Translations under genes and position numbers: made by a program
The notes under the pieces: model-generated
Seen by the model: only the letters and a program-made list of their open reading frames with translations
Told to the model about the DNA's origin: nothing
The model's database searches: none
DNA from: a bacterium
Lineage (GTDB): Bacteria > SAR324 > NAC60-12
Assembly: GCA_965205865.1 (NCBI GenBank)
Contig: CBDBHR010000025.1
Location: forward strand, 207,860-271,859
Reading direction: 5' to 3'
DNA: 64,000 nt
In this document: positions 56,112-64,000 of the stretch, in pieces
Layout of the letters: every line of letters begins with the position of its first letter
Position numbering within the stretch: position 1 is the first letter of the stretch

Positions 56112-57944
56112 GACCCTAACCGAAAAGGGTTTCGAAAATAGTAAATGTAACCAATTTGATTCTATTGGATTCTCTATTTGATTCAATATGACGAGAAAAC
56201 GATTTTTTTGTTTTTTATTCGCCCACAGCACAGTTTTTATAGGGAAAAAATCTTTTTTGGACATACTTTCCTCACCCCTGCTCATATTTCACACTCCCCC
56301 ATTGAATATTCAGGCCGCTTGTTTGAGTTGTCTTTTTTTCAACTCAATCATTTTGCAAAAATTATAGGTTAATGCTTTTTCCAGCAACTCTGCCCGAACG
56401 TTTTCAATCCCTCTGCGCATAACTTGTCCGAAATGGAAACGATGCTTAAGATGAAACATCAACGACTCTGCAGCAGATCTTCCATTTCGTGATTCCAAAT
56501 AGATTTCACTTTCCCATTCTTCAATCGGGGTCATCTTTTTTCCCTTTGCCCCACTAATACTAAAAACCTTAACGCCTTTGCCCATCCACTTTTCTCTGAT
56601 CGCCTGATTGGCATATCCATCATCAAGGCTCACTTCAGAGGGAATGGTGATGGTGCATCGCAAATGTTCAACAAGGGCAGGGTCGAGTTGCCCTGAATCA
56701 GCAGCATTGCCCTCCGGAGTAATTAACACGGAAATAAAACCATTTCCGCTCCTTCCTAATTGAGGCTTATATCCGATAAGCGCTTCTCGATCTCCCTTTT
56801 GAATATAAGCCGAGCTCTGATCGGAAAGACTCAATACTTTCTCAGTGGAAGGAACCTTCTTTTCTTCAAAAACTCTTTGATGACAGTAGATGATTACCCG
56901 TTGCAAATTAGAAATATCTTCATTCATCATTTCAATGAGGCGAATCAAACGCGTTTTCCGAGAAGGGGGGAGAAGAGCTTTTTGGGCACGGATATCCACC
57001 TTTGCCATTTCTTTTAAAAATTTCCCATGAGCGCTTTGAGCTTTCTTCAATAGGGTTTTGTAATGTTTTTTTCGCTTCGTTTTACTGTCCTTTTTACCTG
57101 TCTCAAAAGCCATCATCTTAGAGAGCTTATTCATCTCCTTGATGAGGAAATCAAAATTTCTTTCACTGATCTCAGCGATTCCAAATGTATCAAGGGAACG
57201 CCCTCGATGGTAGCTTCGCTCCACGAGACGAGTCAATATCGACGAATCAGTAGGCCAAGCTGTATTTCCTTTTACAGAGGTGCTATCCAGTTTTAAAATA
57301 TCAAAATCGTCCAACTCTTCATCGAGAACCATTCGAATTTGAGCATCGAAAATAAACTGTCTGCTCTCGTTGCTGACAGCATTGACATTATCAAGGATTG
57401 TACTCGCTCCCGGCATTTTCAATCCACGGTTGAGCAGAAGCAGATGCAGTGTGATTGACTCTGAAAGAAATATTTGGGCCGTTTGGGATTTGATACTTCC
57501 TAAATATCCCCGAATCATCATAAAAAGGTAGACTAAAAAAGCCGACATCCGAGGACACCCTATTTCCAGCCTCAGTTCTTCCGGCTTCAATTCCTCATCT
57601 TCTACGGGAAGATGAGGAAGCCATGGATTCCGGGCTTCCTGCCATCGTTTATCCTCTAAACGCTCTTTCTTTTTATTTCTTGCGTATTTCTCCAAATCCT
57701 GTTCAATTTTGTCCAATATCTCCGGCTCTCGCTCAGACAATTGATCAAGTTCTGATAAGAAATTTTCAAATTCTGTATCAGGAGCGCTTAAAATAAGATG
57801 TTTTTCTGCTCGAATGAATGGTTTCATTTTGGGTGCCATAATTCTTAATATTGAAGTTATTCACAGTTATTTCAATGAATTATGGCACTTTTTAACCTCA
57901 AGTTTAAAGATATAATTCTAAAAAATACCTTTTCGGCTAGGATC
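56112..57944 (-). mobile_element. IS5/ISNCY-like insertion sequence, copy B (1833 bp), 6-bp TSD TAGCTA
   Basis: IRs GACCCTAACCGAAAAGG / CCTTTTCGGCTAGGATC; TAGCTA at 56106-56111 and 57945-57950. Confidence 0.96.
56310..57839 (-). CDS. DDE transposase (IS5/ISNCY-like), 509 aa
   Basis: Near-identical to 45856-47385. Confidence 0.9.
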   Translation of the reverse strand: MAPKMKPFIRAEKHLILSAPDTEFENFLSELDQLSEREPEILDKIEQDLEKYARNKKKERLEDKRWQEARNPWLPHLPVEDEELKPEELRLEIGCPRMSAFLVYLFMMIRGYLGSIKSQTAQIFLSESITLHLLLLNRGLKMPGASTILDNVNAVSNESRQFIFDAQIRMVLDEELDDFDILKLDSTSVKGNTAWPTDSSILTRLVERSYHRGRSLDTFGIAEISERNFDFLIKEMNKLSKMMAFETGKKDSKTKRKKHYKTLLKKAQSAHGKFLKEMAKVDIRAQKALLPPSRKTRLIRLIEMMNEDISNLQRVIIYCHQRVFEEKKVPSTEKVLSLSDQSSAYIQKGDREALIGYKPQLGRSGNGFISVLITPEGNAADSGQLDPALVEHLRCTITIPSEVSLDDGYANQAIREKWMGKGVKVFSISGAKGKKMTPIEEWESEIYLESRNGRSAAESLMFHLKHRFHFGQVMRRGIENVRAELLEKALTYNFCKMIELKKRQLKQAA

Positions 57945-59276
57945 TAGCTATCACCGCATGACCGGCCTGGGCAGTGGTTTCACCGAGGCCAGCGGCACGG
58001 CCCCCACGTTTACTGGGATACCATGGAAATCCATCACGGCCACCGATAATTATACCCTGGAGGTGGAACTGGAGGAAATCAACCTGGCTGCCTTGGGAGT
58101 TTTCCTCACCGAGAGCTACGAAGCGAGCTGGATCCATCCTCCCGAAGTCATCAAGGAACACGGCGACCTGAGTGATTGGAAAACCTGGGTCGGGACGGGA
58201 CCTTGGATGGTCGAAGAACATGTCAAGGACAGTCACGTGACTCTTGACAAGAATCCGGATTATTGGGCATATGATGAAAAGTATCCGGAGAATAAGCTCC
58301 CTTATGCGGATTCGGTCGTTTTGCGTTTCATTCCGGACCCTGCCACTCAGCTCTCAGCGCTCCGTACCGGGAAGGTGGACCACCATTGGCTGGGCCTCAG
58401 CGCCACCCAGGTAGAAGACCTGACGAAAACGAATCCGGAAATCATCGTGCAATCGATCACCTCTTTTTCGGAAGCAGCCGGGTTGCGCTTGGATTTTGAG
58501 CCGTTTAAAGACATTCGGGTGCGCAAAGCCATGCAAATGGCCATTGACCTCGAGGCGATCAACGATAACCTCTATGGTGGCTTGGGAGATCCTAAACCTC
58601 AGGGCTCGATCGATGAAGTGGTCTCGGGCTACTATTACCCTTATGAGGAGTGGCCCCAATGGCTAAGGGACGAGTATACTTATAACCTGGAGAAGGCCAA
58701 ACAATTGATGGTGGAAGCCGGCTATCCCGATGGTTTTGAGGTGACGTTCGATTTCACCAGTGAAAAAAACCCGTTCTTTGGCAATTCAGAGCTGTCGCAA
58801 ATCTTAGCCGCCTACTGGAGTCAAATCGGGATCAAAACCAAGCTCAACCCGGTGGACACTACTGCCTTCATGGCTGCGGTGAACAACAAGTCCTTCAGCC
58901 CGATTCGGCATCAAGGCTATACTTTCTTGTACCAACCAGTGGGTATCCTGAATATCCATCACGTGGAAGTCAGTCAATGGACCGTCAGTATGGTGGGCAA
59001 GGGGTCGCGGGATTTATATCCCGAATATCACCTGCTAGTGGAAATGGCCGGAGCGGCAAAGACGGTCGAAGAGCAAAAGTTTATCGTCAGGGCCGCGGAT
59101 AAGTATTCCGTTGAGCAGCATTGGATGGTCTGGGTGCCCCAGTTTCCCGCTTTTGTGGCCTATCAACCCTGGGTCAAGGGCTATAACGGGGAACGGCAGC
59201 TCGGCGGAGGGTCCTTCGGGATCTTTTCCAGCCGGGTTTGGATCGATAAAAATTGATGTAATCAAAAGGAGAAGTT

Positions 59277-60224
59277 ATGAATATTGCTGATTTGAAAAAG
59301 TCCCCCAATGCGGATGCGTTGGTAGGGGATATATTTAAATACGGGTTGGAACGTCACATTGTGGAATTGGATGCTTATGGATTCACGGTCGTCCCACCGA
59401 AGACGCTCCGTAGCCGGGAAGGATTTGTGGACGATTTGCGTGACGCGATTTTGCATGTGAGTGAGCGGCGCAACAACGTCCAATATGGAGATTACCGCAC
59501 CGCAACAAAATCCGTGGATTTTAATACAAATAACTGGTGGCTACTAGAAGAGGATGATGTCTTTGTAGAGTCGATGTTGAATCCGGTGGTACTGACCTTT
59601 GCCCGTTGGATGTGTGGCCGAAGCGCCGCCCTGGCCGGGACCGCCTCGATCATCAAACCTCCGAAGCCCGCAGATGTGGAAAACACTGGCGATTATGACG
59701 ATGTTTGGAAACACAGTCATCTGCCGCTGCACAATGACAACCATGCCTTTCCTCCTCCCTTGCCGGAGATGTGCCATTGGGTCAATACCAGTTGGATTCT
59801 GACCGATTACGCAACCCCGGAAGACGGTCCCACTGTCTTGGTGCCGGGGAGTCATCGCTTTGGCCGGGTTCCCTTTGACCATGAGAAAAATTGGTGGGAG
59901 GAAACAAATCCTTACGAAGCGGTGTCTTTGCAAGCTGTGGCAGGATCCCTGGCGGTGTGGCATGGATTCACCTGGCATGGGGCCATGATGCGCACCAAAC
60001 CAGGACTGCGGGTCAGCCTGGTGCTGGTTTGGGCCCGGGCTTTCATCAAGCAGATCAATCAGTGGCGGGAAGACGGCATCTCCCCCGAACTGATCGAACG
60101 ATATCCCGAACTGCATACCGCCCTCGGTATGAATTCGTTGTATCCCTCACCTAAGAGTGGTGAGGCCCCGCTCATGGAACGAGTCGAACCCTTCATGCGA
60201 CTCGGTCAGGACAAGTTTGCCTGA
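59277..60224 (+). CDS. Phytanoyl-CoA dioxygenase (PhyH) family Fe(II)/2-oxoglutarate oxygenase
   Basis: HxD (LHND), GPTVLVPGSH, distal WHGAM and RVSL; RBS AAGGAG. Confidence 0.9.
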   Translation: MNIADLKKSPNADALVGDIFKYGLERHIVELDAYGFTVVPPKTLRSREGFVDDLRDAILHVSERRNNVQYGDYRTATKSVDFNTNNWWLLEEDDVFVESMLNPVVLTFARWMCGRSAALAGTASIIKPPKPADVENTGDYDDVWKHSHLPLHNDNHAFPPPLPEMCHWVNTSWILTDYATPEDGPTVLVPGSHRFGRVPFDHEKNWWEETNPYEAVSLQAVAGSLAVWHGFTWHGAMMRTKPGLRVSLVLVWARAFIKQINQWREDGISPELIERYPELHTALGMNSLYPSPKSGEAPLMERVEPFMRLGQDKFA

Positions 60225-60529
60225 TGTGACAGGCGGAAAGCTGAAGGGGATCATCCGGAAACGCCGTCTCCTGTCTCGGATGCTCCTCCCCCGGAGCATT
60301 CCGCCCCCCATCAAGGGCATTGGTGACAGGTTAAGGGTTAATATATTGTTATCTTCGATAATTTGTGTCGAGAGAATCCCCTCTTCCCATGTGGGCATAG
60401 GTGTCAGGTTAAACGAATTCCCCCTTTTGCAAATGGGGGAAATATGAGGATCAATCCGTAACTTGACGCACATACCCATCAAAGGGAGGTCGGGAGGGCA
60501 GGCACGGGGCATTTCACACCTTTACTACA

Positions 60530-61498
60530 ATGCGTACCTATATCATCCAACGATTATTGCTCATCATCCCTACTTTGTTGATTGTGACAATGCTCGTCTT
60601 TTTCAGCATCCATTTCATTCCTGGCGATGTCATCGACATCATGATGGGTTCGACCGTCTCGCCGCAAGTGGGGGAAGCCGGAGTGACACGGGAGTGGGTG
60701 GAGGAGAAGCTCGGGTTGGATGTCCCCATCCATATTCAGTATAGCCGATGGTTGGGGAAGATTCTCCTGCATGGCGACCTGGGCACCACCCTGGTGTCCG
60801 AGGAACCGGTATGGGAAAACTTCATCCGTCCAAGAATCCCGGTATCCCTGGAACTGGGTCTCATCGCCCAGTTGATCCTCTTGCTCCTGGCGATCCCTAT
60901 CGGTACCTATTCCGCGATCCGCCAGAACACCCTGGGGGACTATGCGGGGCGCAGTCTGTCCATCTTCATGCTCTCCGTCCCGGAATTCTGGATAGCAACC
61001 ATCGTTTTGGTCTATCCGGCCATCTATTTTGGCTGGTCGCCTCCCATGCAATATGTTTCATTTACGGAGAACCCAGAGGAAAACCTGCTGATGTTTCTCG
61101 TCCCCGGTGCGATTCTCGGCGCGGTGCACTCTGGTCCCCCGATGCGCTTGGTGCGCACTCTCGTGCTGGAGGTGCTCCGGCAGGACTATGTGCGGACAGC
61201 CTGGTCGAAGGGCCTGGCAGAGCGGATAGTGATTTTGAGGCATGTCTTGAAGAATGCGATGATTCCGGTCCTCACCGTCATCGGGTTGCAAATTCCTTAT
61301 TTGATCGGGGGGGCCGTCATTTTGGAGCAGATGTTCTTGCTCCCGGGACTTGGCCGTCTCATCGTACAATCGCTTCTGGATCGCGATTATGCCATTGTCG
61401 CCGGAGCCAACCTGGTGGTAGCGACGCTGGTCGTGTTTATCAACTTGGCGGTCGATCTGACCTATGGCTTTCTCGATCCCAAAATCCGTTATGGGTGA
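60530..61498 (+). CDS. ABC permease, DppB/OppB type
   Basis: YIIQRLL, PGD, QDYVRTAWSKGL and DLTYGFLDPK. Confidence 0.95.
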   Translation: MRTYIIQRLLLIIPTLLIVTMLVFFSIHFIPGDVIDIMMGSTVSPQVGEAGVTREWVEEKLGLDVPIHIQYSRWLGKILLHGDLGTTLVSEEPVWENFIRPRIPVSLELGLIAQLILLLLAIPIGTYSAIRQNTLGDYAGRSLSIFMLSVPEFWIATIVLVYPAIYFGWSPPMQYVSFTENPEENLLMFLVPGAILGAVHSGPPMRLVRTLVLEVLRQDYVRTAWSKGLAERIVILRHVLKNAMIPVLTVIGLQIPYLIGGAVILEQMFLLPGLGRLIVQSLLDRDYAIVAGANLVVATLVVFINLAVDLTYGFLDPKIRYG

Positions 61499-61572
61499 GG
61501 AGGACTGAAAAAGGTTCCCCTTTTAGCAAAGGGGGAAGTTTACGAGCAAACAAAAGGTGAAATAAAAAAAAC

Positions 61573-62541
61573 ATGTCAATAGAAACCCCATTTGTAATGA
61601 CGGAACCTAAAAGACGATCTCCTCTGGCCAATTTCTTTTATAGACTGGTCAAAGAGCAGCCCTTAGGGTTGATCGGGGGATTGATTGTGCTGGTCCTACT
61701 CTTGGTGGGGATCTTTGCCGATCAACTGGCGCAGTATGGGGAAAATGAAATTGATCTGTATGACCGTTTGAAACCGCCCCATGCCAAGCATTGGCTGGGG
61801 ACCGATAATTTAGGACGAGACCTCTACACTCGCATTGTCTACGGGGCGCGCATTTCGCTGGTGATCGGGGTCTCCGCTACGGCAGTTTCCCTCTTGGTCG
61901 CCTTGGTGGTCGGCGGACTGAGCGGCTTTATCGGGGGAAAAACGGACTTGATCGCGCAGCGCTTTGTGGACGCCTGGGTGGCTTTCCCGGGGTTGCTCAT
62001 TCTGTTGACGGCGATGTCCATGCTCGGCAACGGGCAGTTGCAGATCATTATTGTCGTGGGGATCACTTTTGGCATTGGAGGCTCCCGCATTGTGCGCAGT
62101 ACGGTGATTGGTTTGAAGGAGAACACCTACATCGAGGCCGCCCGGGCCATCGGCACGCCGCTCCCCCGCATCTTACTCCGGCACGTCTTGCCCAATATCA
62201 TGCCCCCCTTGATCATCATATACACCGTGACGCTCGGTGGCGTGATCCTAACCGAAGCGGCGCTCAGTTTTCTCGGATTCGGACTGCCTCCCGATCGAGC
62301 CAGCTGGGGCGGGATGCTCAGCAACGAAGGGCGGCAGTATATGGAAAAGGCCCCGCACTTGGCTCTCTGGCCCGGCCTCAGTCTGGTCATTGTCGTTTTC
62401 GGAGTCAACCTGTTCGGCGATGCCTTGCGCGACCTGCTCGACCCCCGCCTGCGAGGCGGCGCGGGTCGTTACGGAGGCGGGCCGAAAGTCATCCGAAAAC
62501 GCAGTCTCTTGTCTCGCCTCCTTTTTCCGTACAAGAAATAG
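61573..62541 (+). CDS. ABC permease, DppC/OppC type
   Basis: LGTDNLGRD, YIEAARAIG, RHVLPN, EAALSFLGFG and GDALRDLLDPR. Confidence 0.95.
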   Translation: MSIETPFVMTEPKRRSPLANFFYRLVKEQPLGLIGGLIVLVLLLVGIFADQLAQYGENEIDLYDRLKPPHAKHWLGTDNLGRDLYTRIVYGARISLVIGVSATAVSLLVALVVGGLSGFIGGKTDLIAQRFVDAWVAFPGLLILLTAMSMLGNGQLQIIIVVGITFGIGGSRIVRSTVIGLKENTYIEAARAIGTPLPRILLRHVLPNIMPPLIIIYTVTLGGVILTEAALSFLGFGLPPDRASWGGMLSNEGRQYMEKAPHLALWPGLSLVIVVFGVNLFGDALRDLLDPRLRGGAGRYGGGPKVIRKRSLLSRLLFPYKK

Positions 62542-63076
62542 GGGTCCGCTGTTAAGGTATATACGACCTGAACCACTGAATGAGGGCAGGTCACTACCCC
62601 TGGCTATCAGTTCAAATAAACAGAACCTGCTCCAGGAGTTGAATCCGCGAGCGAACAAAAAGAAGAAACAAGAGAAAGGAGAAAAGACAATGATCAGAAT
62701 TAAATGGTCCGTGATGGGGGTCTGGCCTTTGATTATTTGATTAAGAACGAGTCCAGATTTTTTGCCTCCTTTTCATTTAATCAAAGGCCTGCCTCCTCAT
62801 TAATGTGAAAATAAAAAGGAGTACTATGAAATTTGGAGTCCAAGTCAGTTGTTGTGCTTCAGGGTATTTTCATTCATGAGCGATGGCAGTACCGAATTTG
62901 CTCCAACGGAGCATCTCATAACAGTATGGGTGGTCTCCGAATGCGGCCCAGGCATTCCGGTGGAGCGTAGATGAAGAAGGCTCTGTGAAAAAACCCAAGG
63001 ATGCGACCTCCAGCGCTGCGGCCGGTCACCGGTGACGCAGTCCAAAACATGATCATTTAGAAAGGTAGGTATACTC

Positions 63077-63874
63077 ATGACTGATTTCAAGGCAATCGCC
63101 TCCTCGCTCGAGGAACGGGGTTTCTGCGTTATCCCGGAATTCCTCAGCCGTGAAGAGATCGACTTCTTCGTAGCAGAATTCGAAGCAAGCCTGGACTATG
63201 GTCCGGAGTCCATGGCCTCATCGCGAATTGGTCGAAAAGCAGCCTTCGCAAAAATGCGACCTCGCATGGAAGCGTTCGCCCAGGGGATCACCGGAGCCAA
63301 GGCCGCGCTCTATCAAATCCAATATCTCCAGACACCGGTAGTCAATCTCCCCTTTCATCAGGATCACGAACAGTTCTTCATGACGGAGTACAATCGAACT
63401 CATTTCAATGCCTGGATTCAGTTGGTCAAGCCCTCGCGCACCGAGTGAGGAGTGTACCTGATTCCCTTTGATCGACTTGGCGAAAAGTCGCCACGACTCT
63501 TTAACATCTGTCGGCGCTCGGGCGCGAGTAGACTGTTCTCGCTTCGTGACGTGGGGACCTTGTACCTATCCGACTGGAGCGGGGTCCACTGGGTGGAGGA
63601 GAGCCTCGAAGTGGAGGAGGTCATAGAGACTCCGGAGTTGGGCTCCGGCGACATGCTGCTGATGCGCGTCAACGTAATCCACGCGACACAGAACAAGGAT
63701 AGGAAGTGGTATCTCGGATCAAACAGTTCTATGCCTAAACCCTCCGCGACGCAGACGACCGAGGATCGGCGCATCGCTGTGTCGTTACGCACTTGCGATC
63801 CGGAGACGCCGATCGACTGGCATCGGGTGGCCGCCTGTCACACACCAGTAGAAATGCTTCTTCTCGTAGACTAG
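63077..63874 (+). pseudogene. PhyH-like Fe(II)/2OG dioxygenase split by an in-frame TGA at 63446-63448
   Basis: GFCVIPEFLS, FHQDHE, GDMLLM..VIHAT and RIAVSLR; the two ORFs share a frame. Confidence 0.7.
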
Positions 63875-64000
63875 AATCCTTTGAGTCTCCCGGTCTTTCG
63901 ACACACCCGGGAAAACAACTTCGGCATCACTCTGGGAGACATCGTGCCGACCCTGACTGGCGAGCGCGAGTAGCCGAAAATCCGGGGACAGTTTCAAAAG

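Larger units (their letters stand above)
55666..59256 (+). pseudogene. Family 5 ABC solute-binding protein (SBP-3) interrupted by IS copy B
   Basis: Removing 56112-57950 restores DVEFS-YHRMTGLGSGF in frame. Confidence 0.93.

Overview
Bacterial chromosome, deltaproteobacteria-like; the housekeeping genes and the family-5 solute-binding proteins suggest SAR324, but that is tentative. The window has three zones. (1) 1-13880 is a defence island: the end of an IS that has disrupted a large DSR-like SIR2 gene, an NDT/TIR-like-fold protein, a second SIR2 protein, a Menshen-like DUF262 + AAA/DUF3696 + effector triad and a type I hsdR, with decayed hsdS 3' and hsdR 5' scars in the spacers. (2) 13959-38992 is core genome: FNR-like reductase, trpBA, rhomboid, leuB, kdsA, PHP phosphatase, etfBA plus a membrane Fe-S oxidoreductase, rimP-nusA-infB-rbfA-truB-rpsO-pnp and tmRNA. 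It also holds a thioredoxin-like gene split by an in-frame TGA (UxxC plus SECIS-like hairpin, probably a selenoprotein) and two MITE types. (3) 38993-64000 is an IS-rich accessory region after tmRNA: three paralogous peptide/nickel-type SBPs (two broken at the same codon), permeases without an ATPase, PhyH-like dioxygenases, two near-identical IS5/ISNCY-like elements with 6-bp YARMTA targets, IS1380, IS66, IS5 and RAYT remnants, an RT-less group II intron remnant, and a 36-bp GAGG-flanked hairpin unit that appears to insert and amplify. All family assignments come from motif recognition by eye; no searches were run.
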